From Balanoglossus misakiensis (taxonomy: Eukaryota > Animalia > Hemichordata), in NCBI GenBank assembly GCA_040954595.2, contig CM082583.2, positions 11,756,636-11,820,635 on the forward strand: DNA of 64,000 nt. The letters are read 5' to 3'. Of the stretch, positions 1 to 14,810 are shown piece by piece (position 1 is the first letter of the stretch; each line of letters opens with the position of its first letter). Under the pieces are notes generated by a model. It was not told where the DNA came from. It searched no databases and saw only the letters and a program-made list of their open reading frames with translations. The position numbers and the translations under genes were made by a program.

Positions 1-4224
<4,224 letters not shown>

Positions 4225-6745
4225 GATCGTGAATATGTTGCGGTATGATATCCAGTTAAGTCTGCTTTTTAGATGGAACTCGCACGATTTCACCTATCTT
4301 CCCATCAATTCTCCAATTCCCGATAAATAACGGGACCTCTTCTTTCTCGACTCACTCTGTGCTGATGGATCACAGTGCACACCCTCGCCTCTGAGGGTGA
4401 CCTCGACATAATTTACATATGGAAGTAAACAAGGCGATATTTGCATAGATGTCAAAGGTCATAAATTAGTAGCTGGCCTGGAGACTCGACTCTGGAGACA
4501 TCAAGCGTTTTATCTGTTCAGTCTTCAGATACTGTTTGCCAGTAAAAGGCTAAATCGAATGTTATGTCAGTGGTTCTACGCCAGACACAGTGATCGATGA
4601 TACTTTTAATGGGAGTTTGTGGCTGCGGAAAGTAACCCGCTAGCTCGTTGCATTCAACACTTTTTTTGCAAGTCTGAAGTCACTTATTTTCTGGGTGCTC
4701 ACTCCAGGGATCGCTTTTTCTATGACGTGGCCGGTCCTCGAAAGAAAGGACTGCGTGAAAAGTGTCTGCTTCGAATGAATGTCGACGCTAAGACAGAAAC
4801 ACGAAAAGGCATTATTTAGATTCTACCACTTTACAGAGAAATTAGTGCTTTACATGAACTCCCCTTTGGTGTATGGGGGCGCTCGACCATACCATACCAA
4901 AACTATCCTTACAAAATTACATCATTTCGTACTGTTTTAAATAAATTAACGCACTTTATGTTTCACTCTCATTTTCTTAGACTAAAAAGCACACCTTTTA
5001 TCAATAAAATGATGTGTCAGTGATGATATGACAACTGTGTCGGTATACAAACCATATTTAGTTGATGCAATAATTGCCAATATTTCTCTTGAGAACACAG
5101 AATGACTGGGTGATTTGGCATTGATGATTTTCACATCATAGCACTACTACTAGTACCAGTGTAAACAGGATAATTTTGTCATCGTCCATAGTTATAAACA
5201 CTGAATTATGCCTGTATGTAGATGGGCAAGATCTAATTAATGCAATTGTGTATGATCCGTTATTAGTACAACCTCAAAAGTTCAAATCAAAATGCAAAGA
5301 ATGAAAAATTATGTCTTGGAAAAAAATTTGGTATGAAAGGTTCTGTATGCACGGGAAAAGGCCAACTAGGCAGCTCACATCCAGCTTCTTCAGTACAGTG
5401 ATTGAGATTACACATAATGAGTATGAGATGTGGCAGTTGATCATCAACTGTTGATCATGATAAAGCTCCTTGAGACGAAGAGGAGTCCAGGCCTTGACCT
5501 TTGGATTCCTGCGCCTGCCAGTAGAGTAGTTGTGTGACAGCTCCCGCCCATTTTAATTGCTGAGCTTGAAAAGTGTCAAGAAATGAGCTCTTTGCTGGAA
5601 ACAAACGCTTTATACACATGCAGTCAGTATATTAGCTGATCTAACGTACCGAGATACAAGTGCCTGGTGTCACTACAGTGCACCATAGACAGTGGAGAGT
5701 GCACAAAGATTGAGCCCTTGATGAATGGACTTTAGTGTACTCAGGGAGTCCTTGGCTGGCCTGGGTGTTTGGCCTGAGTGAACTAACGTATTTATCAGCT
5801 ACACGTACTTTGGTGGGGTTTTTTTTGCCTAAATATCATAGTTGAAGTGGTTCGGACCCGATGTATTGTAATCGTACAGCAAGATCAAGGCTGTGTAGTC
5901 TGCACGACTTGAAGCCCAAAACTCTTCAGCCATGCATGTTCATGATGTTTATTACATGACATCATACATGTACATATCACATGATCAAATCCCTACTCAA
6001 CTACTCGCCAAGCTAGATAGGCTCTTCTCGCCGCCAAACCTCGCTGACACAGAAGTCAACCTACGAAGGGCCTCGACATTTACGGAACATTTGTTTCTTT
6101 CCGACGAAGACCCAGCTCTCAATTTCACGGAATTACAAGGTTAATACCTTCTTTTCTTTATCTAGAAGTATTGTAGGTCTGTAAAGTGAACGTAGACGTC
6201 GCCAGAAAGGAAACAAACACGTTGGATGACTGTCTGAGATACTGACGCTAGCTGCCATTGTGTATTCTTTTATCCAACTACAGTGCTTAGCTTTAGCATT
6301 TTTGGAGCTTTTGGTGGTTAATTTTAAGTGAAAACGCTGTCTCGAATATATGTTTATATCTGGGAGTGCTTTTGATGGAGCCTGGTTGAACTAAAATTGA
6401 ACAATAGGGCATCTAGGTTTGAGATTTTTAAGCCCTGGGATCGCATGCAAGCTTCGGTTGGTCGTAGGGTTTCTTCACTCCCAAAGCTACAGCTACTGCC
6501 ATGCCTGGTGCGTGCGTCTAGTCTAGGGTTGTCCACGCAGGCGCGGCGTCGTGAATAATGTGACACCCTTATGAATATTTATTAACTGATCCAGTGCCTT
6601 CACGAAGGTGTCTCAGTTTGAATGTCATCATGACCTTTCTAATAGTCTGACGATGGCATGTATTGGGATGAGGATATTTTATTCCAAAGTCACAGTCCTA
6701 TTGTATTGATTGCCAAGTGCTTCAAGCAAGTTCATGTACACTTAA

Positions 6746-6919
6746 AGGTATACGGTCACCTCCAATTTACATATCGCCATATATAGTTGAAATGGCGTAT
6801 TTGAGTGTTCTAAAGAACGCTTTATTTTCGCGTGTGCCACCCACTGAAAATCTGTGATTGGTTAGATCTCGATTTACCATGGTAACTGTGGCTAAATTTG
6901 TATAGGTGACCGTATACCT
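6746..6919. mobile_element. 174-bp non-autonomous DNA transposon (MITE), TTAA-flanked, Kolobok-like
   Basis: Perfect 16-bp TIRs aggtatacggtcacct (6746-6761) and aggtgaccgtatacct (6904-6919), flanked by TTAA at 6742-6745 and 6920-6923. 5'-RR termini with a TTAA TSD fit Kolobok better than piggyBac (CC termini). Confidence 0.7.
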
Positions 6920-7922
6920 TTAAAATGACATACAAAATTAAGTTACATTGTACTAGTAGACTACCAATACATGTTGGTACAAATGTTGTTTGTTGCATGT
7001 AAAGCATAAAAAATGTACATTTTAAAAATAAGCATTTTTTCTCTGTATATTTTTAGGTTATTTGGAATGCAAGAATTCCCCACCTTTTAAATAATACATA
7101 ACATGTATGTCAATGCCACAGCTTGGTTCGATGTGTAGGCATATCTTGTCTGTCTTTTATATATCACAAATTAAAGAATTATAAAAATAAACTACCAGTG
7201 TAATAATTTCAAAAAAAAATAAAAATACAGTACAGGTATCAATTTCTATTTGTTTGTTTTGTTATAAAGTGCTTCAAAACTCATTATGTGCTGAAAAACC
7301 TATTTTCATATTTGCCAGATTTGGTCACGTGACATGGCATCATACTTGGTTCCCATCAGGCCTCAGCGATACTCATACTGTGCAGTAAAAACTGCCTCAC
7401 TGTCTTTTATTTAATATTACTATTATTACTAGTCAATCTGAAAAAAAGAGTAGTAAAAATGATTTATTCTACAATACAATCAATAGCATTATAATTGTAT
7501 TAGCAATAAAGTATGACTCTGTCTACAGAAAATAAGGGGAAAAATCAAAGAACCAACAAATAGTCAAAGTATAATGTGATCTCTATCCCCAAAGACATAA
7601 GCTCATGAATATTAACAAGGTTTTTTTTTTATCTCCATGCACATACCTCAACTGATTCCTTTCAAACATGGTCCTGTGAGTGTGACATGCATGTCATTTT
7701 GTGTTGCAATACAATCCAATATGGCTGCTAGGCCGCCATTTTGTTTCAATAGTTTCATGTCCAGAGTCATTACTAAATTTGGCATAAGGACAATGGACCA
7801 TGACATATGCATATCAATAAGACTCAAGAAAGACTCAAAAAGTGTCTTAACATGGGTCATGTAGTCGATGGAGTCATTGACCAGTATTTTTTTGTCTCTT
7901 ACTGAAACAGGTCAATCTCAGT

Positions 7923-10900
7923 ATGGAAGAGGATCTCAGTATGGAAGAGGAAGTCTTGAAATGTCAACTGTGTGACTTTCAGGTAGAGACATACACCAGA
8001 TTAGCCTTCCATATGCAAGAAGTACACGGCGACAAAGATGAAGCCATAGGAGAGTTTGTAGTTTTGCCGAAGACCAGCCAGAGAGAAAATGATGCCAAGT
8101 CTGATGAAGCCGTGGAAGAGTTTGTAGTTTTGCCCAAGAACAGCCAGAAAGAAAAGGAGCCGAAGTCTGGGAGTGTACACACTGAGAGTGCATCTAAGAG
8201 ATTATCTGAAGAAAACACAACTAGTAATCAAGAAACAACAGTACCAATGGTTGAAATCAAACAGGAAATTTTCGATGAAGTTGAAATGACATACCACGTT
8301 GCTGAGGAAATTGGTAGCCCCAACAAAAGTCATGAAGAGATTGGGGATGAAGATGGCATGACATACCATGTTGCTGAAGAAATTGGTAGCCCTAACACAA
8401 GTGATGAAAAGATCAGGGAAAGCAGTACTGGAGGAGAAGCTGGCCATGACGATGATGCGGAAGATGAGGAAGTAAATGTGGAAGAGGTAGAAGGAGAGGA
8501 AGACGGAAGCGATAATGTTAAGACGAACACTGATGCTGTTTCATCACAACCTTTCACTATCCCATCAGTTTTGATTGTGCCTAAATCCACAACAGCGAGA
8601 CCTCCATCACCAGAAACCGATTTTTCAGATACAGTCCCAAGGCGCGGCAAGTCTTTCGTGTGCTACATTTGCAATCTGAGCTTCGCGAAGAAAGATCGCC
8701 TTGCCGCCCATGTCAGCTACGTTCATGGAGGCGAGAAGTTGTATCAGTGCCGAGTGTGTTTTGAGAGGTTTACATGGAGAGAGACGTACAGAAAACACCT
8801 GAATAATGTCCACAACATCAACACAATGCAGTGTAATCAATGTGATTTCGCCTGCTCGTCGAGACCAGTACTGCTCAAGCACAAGAAGAGCCACACACAG
8901 TCAGTCAGCCATAAATGTGAAACTTGTTCGAAGGTTTTTGCTAGCGAGTCACTGCTGAAAGAACACAAGAAATGCCACAGTGACAAGAGCCCCCAGATCA
9001 AGTCAGAGCCTGAAGAACCCAAGTCCCCGAAAAAGACCGCCAAGCCTAGAATGAGGCTGACACATGTTACGTGCGAGACCTGCAACCTGGTGTTCAAGCA
9101 GCGCAAGTACTTCACCAGGCACAACCGCCTGGTGCATGGCATTTACATCAGACCTCCAGCGGGTGTACAGGTGGCGACGTCCAAGAAAGAAGGAAGCAAA
9201 ACTGAAAGTAGCAGTACAAGTGCTGCGTCCACCAAGAAAGTCACTACCTATGTATGTCATGTCTGTAAAAAACAATATACCAACTACAAGGCGTTCTGGT
9301 ATCACAAACGAACAACGCATGGGATATTCGCCCGTTCTGAGATTGAGCACCGCAGTGGAACCGCAACGGATGGTGCAGGACCTTATAAATGTCATCTATG
9401 CAGTATCTCATTTGCCAACAAGAGTAATCTAAACAGGCATTATAGAACTGTTCACGATAACGCGGCATCAGCTGACAATAGCAGTGAACAAGGAACACAG
9501 GCTGACCAACCATTTCCTTGTGATCTGTGTGATCGGCACTTTGAGCGCAAAGTCAGCCTGAGCCTCCACAAAGTCAAGTCTCACCAGGGAGAAGTCTCAC
9601 CAGGGACACAAACTGAACAGTCATTTCCTTGCGATCTGTGTGATCGCACCTTTGATCGTAAGGTCAGCCTGAGCCTCCACAAAATCAAGTCCCACAAGGA
9701 ACAAGTCGCAAAGCAACACAGATGTAGAGAGTGCGGTAGGAAGTTTGCCAAACGAAAACATCTGCTGTGTCATGAGCATTGGCACAAGAAGGCCAGAAAT
9801 AAGCCCTTCAAATGTAAGAACTGTGAGTTGGGTTTTTTCAAAAAAGTTGATCTGATTCGCCACAGCCAAGTCCATAAAAATGAGAAACCTTACATTTGTG
9901 ACCTGTGCGATCATAAGTGTTCATCTCAGAATGCCTTGCTGATTCACAAAAAGAGTCACCAACACAGTGGAGGAAGTTCAGAAAGTACTACCTGTGAATT
10001 GTGTGGAGAAGAGTTCAACTCCAGGATAGGGAAGATGTACCATATGAAAAGTCACCCCAACGTCTTGACTTGCGACCTTTGCTCCTATGCCACCTTTGAA
10101 GAGAAGAATTTAAACAACCATTACCAGTCACACATGAACTCCGAAAACAATATGTTCAAATGTTCCTACCGAGGCTGTCGTTTTACATGCAAAACCAAAG
10201 AAGGCCTCAAGACACACCTGGCGAATCATTTCAAAGGAAGCAACTATAAGTGTAAAGATTGCGACTTTAGAACCAAGTACAAACCCAACCTGTTTCGACA
10301 TAAGGAGACTGTGCACAAAAGTAAGCCAAGCACTAATCAAAATGTTGCCGTGGAAGAATCTGAGACACCCAGCAAAAAGACACCCATGAAGAAACTGGTT
10401 CTGAGGTTGAAAACTTTGTACCCCAGGCCATCAAGTACTAGTCCAGTGAAGGTACCGGTAGAAGAAAGAGAAGATGACAATGATGATGATGGGAGTGATG
10501 TAGAACGGCCAAAGAAAAAGTGTCGAGTGTGCTTCAAAGAATTCAAGTTTGCTAGTCATCTGAGAAGACACGAGTGGACCCACTCTGATGACAAGCCCTT
10601 TGTTTGCAGTAACTGTGGCAAAGGGTTTGTTCGGCATGACCAACTGAAAATGCATGCCTGTCAACCTGTAGGTAACAAGGGTTTCAAGTGTATGTACTGC
10701 AACGAACACTTTGATTCTCGCAGTCAGCTGTCTCTGCACCAGATCACCCACAGACAGACAGATGTCCGTGTCAAGTGCCCTCTCTGTGATGAAACCTTCC
10801 GCTCCAGAGTGGACATGGCTTGTCACCAGTACAGTGCCCACAATGAGCAAGCACCGCCGCCCAAGGAAGAAGGAGGCTTCACCTGCGGCCACTGTAACAG

Positions 10901-11501
10901 ACCTTTCAAACTGTGGAGGAACATGAAAGTCCACATTCAGAAGGCTGGACCTTGCCGTGGGGTTCCTCCTATTCCCAACTCCTCTGCAGCCTCTCAGCAG
11001 ATATCCCCACCTTGGAAGAACAAAGCCAAACCTTTCAAGACGCCATCCCGAACCCCCACCAAGAATGACTCAACTCGATACAGTGGTTCCTCTCCCTTAG
11101 ATTTAAGTGTCAATGATGGCATGGCAGACGTGGGATCCAACCAAGGCAAGCTTCATTCATTGCTAGTGTCTAAAGGAAGTCATGATAATGTGGAGACCAA
11201 CAGTCAGAGTGGACATGATGCTTCCTCCAATGGCACTGACGAAGGCTTCAGTGAAAAATCCGCAAGTGACTCCAGATCACTGGCTGATGTGTCCAGTCCA
11301 GCTGTACCAAGACAACAACAACAACAGCAGCAGCAGCGTTTTAAATGTAAACACTGCGAGATTGCTTTTCCTGATGTGATGATGTACACCATACACATGG
11401 GTATTCACGGTCCAGACCACGCGTTTCAGTGCAGTAACTGTGGACAGAATTGTGGAGATCGCAATTCTTTCATGCTGCACTTCATTGGGCAACACAGCTA
11501 A
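7923..11501 (+). CDS. Multi-C2H2 zinc finger protein (1192 aa, ~24 fingers) with C-terminal Ikaros/Hunchback-type dimerisation finger pair and a PLDLS CtBP motif
   Basis: Single long ORF preceded by a splice acceptor (...tctcttactgaaacag, ends 7910). I count 24 CxxC...H..H/C motifs. C-terminus is FKCKHCEIAFPDVMMYTIHMGIHGPDHAFQCSNCGQNCGDRNSFMLHFIGQHS. PLDLS at 11094-11108. Acidic N-terminal region. Confidence 0.92.
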   Translation: MEEDLSMEEEVLKCQLCDFQVETYTRLAFHMQEVHGDKDEAIGEFVVLPKTSQRENDAKSDEAVEEFVVLPKNSQKEKEPKSGSVHTESASKRLSEENTTSNQETTVPMVEIKQEIFDEVEMTYHVAEEIGSPNKSHEEIGDEDGMTYHVAEEIGSPNTSDEKIRESSTGGEAGHDDDAEDEEVNVEEVEGEEDGSDNVKTNTDAVSSQPFTIPSVLIVPKSTTARPPSPETDFSDTVPRRGKSFVCYICNLSFAKKDRLAAHVSYVHGGEKLYQCRVCFERFTWRETYRKHLNNVHNINTMQCNQCDFACSSRPVLLKHKKSHTQSVSHKCETCSKVFASESLLKEHKKCHSDKSPQIKSEPEEPKSPKKTAKPRMRLTHVTCETCNLVFKQRKYFTRHNRLVHGIYIRPPAGVQVATSKKEGSKTESSSTSAASTKKVTTYVCHVCKKQYTNYKAFWYHKRTTHGIFARSEIEHRSGTATDGAGPYKCHLCSISFANKSNLNRHYRTVHDNAASADNSSEQGTQADQPFPCDLCDRHFERKVSLSLHKVKSHQGEVSPGTQTEQSFPCDLCDRTFDRKVSLSLHKIKSHKEQVAKQHRCRECGRKFAKRKHLLCHEHWHKKARNKPFKCKNCELGFFKKVDLIRHSQVHKNEKPYICDLCDHKCSSQNALLIHKKSHQHSGGSSESTTCELCGEEFNSRIGKMYHMKSHPNVLTCDLCSYATFEEKNLNNHYQSHMNSENNMFKCSYRGCRFTCKTKEGLKTHLANHFKGSNYKCKDCDFRTKYKPNLFRHKETVHKSKPSTNQNVAVEESETPSKKTPMKKLVLRLKTLYPRPSSTSPVKVPVEEREDDNDDDGSDVERPKKKCRVCFKEFKFASHLRRHEWTHSDDKPFVCSNCGKGFVRHDQLKMHACQPVGNKGFKCMYCNEHFDSRSQLSLHQITHRQTDVRVKCPLCDETFRSRVDMACHQYSAHNEQAPPPKEEGGFTCGHCNRPFKLWRNMKVHIQKAGPCRGVPPIPNSSAASQQISPPWKNKAKPFKTPSRTPTKNDSTRYSGSSPLDLSVNDGMADVGSNQGKLHSLLVSKGSHDNVETNSQSGHDASSNGTDEGFSEKSASDSRSLADVSSPAVPRQQQQQQQQRFKCKHCEIAFPDVMMYTIHMGIHGPDHAFQCSNCGQNCGDRNSFMLHFIGQHS

Positions 11502-11695
11502 AAACTTATGAGAACACCAATCCATCATTTTTTTACTTTATTATTTTTTATTTTATTATTTTCTCAAGTAGACTGACAGATTCAGTCATGTGAGGGCGCT
11601 CTGCATGCCTACGCCAAAGTCAAAATTTACGTAGTCTGCTGCCTAATCAAAAATGAAACAAAATGTGGTGGTCAAGAAAATTTCCTTCATTGACC

Positions 11696-12153
11696 TAGTC
11701 TCGGTTACCCAGACGCCTTTGCTTCTTCCGATGCTCTCCAGAAAAGGGTCTGGGGAAATGCTATTGAAAGCTTTGTAAAACAAAATGGCCGATGTCAGGA
11801 TTTTGATCATCGCCTGATTGGCTGAGCTGTCAGTATGACCCGGGTCACTGCAATAGTTTCGACAATCGTCTACCAAAGATATTTCATATAATTTCTCCAA
11901 CAATGCTAACAGAGGACGCCTTTTGCCTTTCGCATCAACCAGCAAGTACCGGTCTCTTGATATGAAGATACGACAAATAATCACACATTGTCGAGAGTCA
12001 GTGACCCGGGTCATACTGACAGCTCAGCCAATCAGGCGATGATCAAAATCCTGACATCGGCCATTTTGTTTTACAAAGCTTTCAATAGCATTTCCCCAGA
12101 CCCTTTTCTGGAGAGCATCGGAAGAAGCAAAGGCGTCTGGGTAACCGAGACTA
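11696..12153. mobile_element. 458-bp MITE with ~155-bp TIRs and 9-bp TSD (AcademH- or MULE-type non-autonomous element)
   Basis: TIRs 11696-11850 and 11999-12153 (tagtctcggttacccagacg... / ...cgtctgggtaaccgagacta) appear perfectly complementary. Direct repeat tcattgacc at 11687-11695 and 12154-12162. Confidence 0.9.
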
Positions 12154-14810
12154 TCATTGACCACGTTTCTTGAATTTTCTTGGTGCCAAAATTGCACATT
12201 TTTTGTTATTTTTTGAATACTTGGAGTTTTAAGTTAAACAGGAGGAAAGCATGTTTGTGTTTTGAACTTTCATTCTGATGAAGAATGGTCATGTTTGAGA
12301 AAAATTAAATTTAAATGGCATTGTGTTAAGTGAAATATTTTTTGATGGTTTTCACTGACATATTTGCAATTGTTGCTCAGTATAATGTGTGTACTGGGGC
12401 CATCTTACAGATGTTTGGAGGAGACTGGTCCTAGTATCCAGCTGTGTTGTGTCCTATATGCTTCCAAAAACTAGTTTTATAAGCAAAGCGGACAAAACAT
12501 GACTAGATACTAGACCTGAAGGAGACAAGCCCATCTGGGATCACCTGTGGATTGGAGATGTATTATACGGTTGAATAGAGTGTTTTGTTGTAGATGCAGG
12601 TGTATTTGGAGTAACTGGCAGACATTTCTGAAACTCTCAGAAAATCCATGGAACATGAAGTGATAATGACCAAGTACATGTATGCATGTACAGACTCTAA
12701 GAGGAGGAGCTATGGGATATGACGTAATCATGCTCCTCTATGGAAGAGACTCTTGTATGAGCATCCAAGTGACTTGAGTGCAACAGACTTTAGAGACTCA
12801 CCAATGTCTCATTGTAGCTGGCCAACTCTTGCAGGCATGTACCTTTGTAGATTGTATGTGCCCAGTAGCTTGGATGCAGTCAGTTGACAGCCAATACCAG
12901 TTGAAGTGAATGGACGAGAGAGGTCTACTCACTAGCTTGCTCAAGTCAATGCACATACACGCATACATGCACACACACTGGTATATTTTACCAGATGTAC
13001 CGTACATCACTCACTGAACACAATCATAGATTGTTTGACTGTAGAATAATTTGAAGAGAAGTGTGACTGATGTTTTTGTTGTAAAACTGTTGAACCAAAG
13101 AACACTGGTAAAAATTGTATTATGGTTTTATCTGTTCTACTGCCATTATTTGTAGGGTTTCAACTTTAGTACATGGATGATGTAGCTGTTTTTGATTTCA
13201 CTGCCAGGTTCTATGTCAAACCGTTTCACTTGTCTGTATTCTTTGAACAACTCGTTTTCATGCTAGTCTTAAAGTCACTTGAAACTTCCTGGCAATTTCA
13301 GCAAACATCTTCTTGTTCATTATCTGTGCAGGGTTTAATTAGTGTTATTCTGATGGTGGTATTGTAAACATATAATATTTCCAGCAATTTCTTTACTTAA
13401 GTTTGGTATGGGGCACTCTGTGGTACTGCTGTCTTTGAAGTTGTAGTAAGCTGTAGCATTGTTTTCCTTGACCTTAAAGTTAATACTTAGTATAGACACT
13501 TCTTAGACTCTTGGATGTATCAAACTAACTTTGGATGTATCATGTTGCAATTTTTGATGTCATTGTTTGACATCATTGTTTGAAAAACGTTAATAAATAT
13601 GGTACTGTTTGAATTTTCAGTGCTTTGTGTTTATTGCGAGTTTTGGCCCCTGCTGCAGTTTTCAGAATGGAGGGCGCCCCCACAGACAAAGGCGGAAGTT
13701 TTCTACAAGCTATCAAACATTTTCAAGCACTTGCATACAAATGCTGTAAGGTCCACAGTCCCCGCAGTATAGAATTAGTAAAATACATTTTATTATCAGC
13801 ATATAATATATAAATCTCTATGCAAAACATACTTTTTCACCTATCAGTACTTTCAGTTTTGGCATTACAACACCTAGTGTTTTCAGTACATTGTATTTCA
13901 GTGATAATTACAGAAGTATAACACAGGTTCAATACTTGACCGTTCAATTGTTTACAATATGAAAATAGTATTCTGCTAAAAATAACACTTGACTGACAGC
14001 TTACAATATATTTGTGACAATGAAATAACAAAATATTCTTCCTATGGCTTAGTATGTGAAAAACGAGACATAATACTATAAATATGTATCGTAAAAAAAA
14101 AAGGGGGGGATAGAATATACTAAAGACATAACTCAAATTCTATTCAAATACATGTAAAAGTACAAGGTAGAAGCTTACATACTTAGGCAAGTATTTGCCT
14201 CTTCTGATTACAATAATGCAATGACTGCAGTACTAATTGGTATATAAAAACTGAAAATCAGAACTAAAATGGTTTAACATCACACAGTGCCTATTTTATT
14301 TTTCCAAATAAACTTTCATCAGCTGCTACTAAGGCTAATAAGGATTCCAGCTTGGCTGAGCCAGTCAGTCACTTGGAAATCATTTTAAAAATTGACTAAC
14401 CTCTATGACTGTTACCAGCATGTCTTTGTTAGGGATCACATTAAAAAGCTAATTTTATGACAATGCTGAAAAATTCAAATGGCTAAATGGTTGGTGATGA
14501 ATGCATTGAATTAATTCAGTATTGCCTAAATATATTTATAACACTATCTGATATAAAATACACTGCCAAAAGTTTAAAATATAAATATGTGTTTGCTTTA
14601 CAATGGAACCAACCAGGGTTACAAATGGGTATATATAAATGTTACAAGTAACTATACTGATTGAGGACATTTGAGCAACAGATGCTCCACAAGTACTGAG
14701 AGTAAACTAGTTATCTATGACATGTCCTGCAAAGAGACTCAAAGCTTTTAACAATTAGGTTTGTTAGAGGGCACACTGCTGAATTGTATCATCATCTATC
14801 CTTTATTTCA

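Noticed and set aside
7936-11528. Many minus-strand and alternative-frame ORFs, including a poly-Cys ORF
   Set aside because: Shadows of the ZNF CDS; the poly-Cys is the reverse complement of the poly-Gln codons.
11643-12173. Two ORFs sharing an identical peptide on opposite strands
   Set aside because: A consequence of the MITE's inverted repeats; no transposase motifs.
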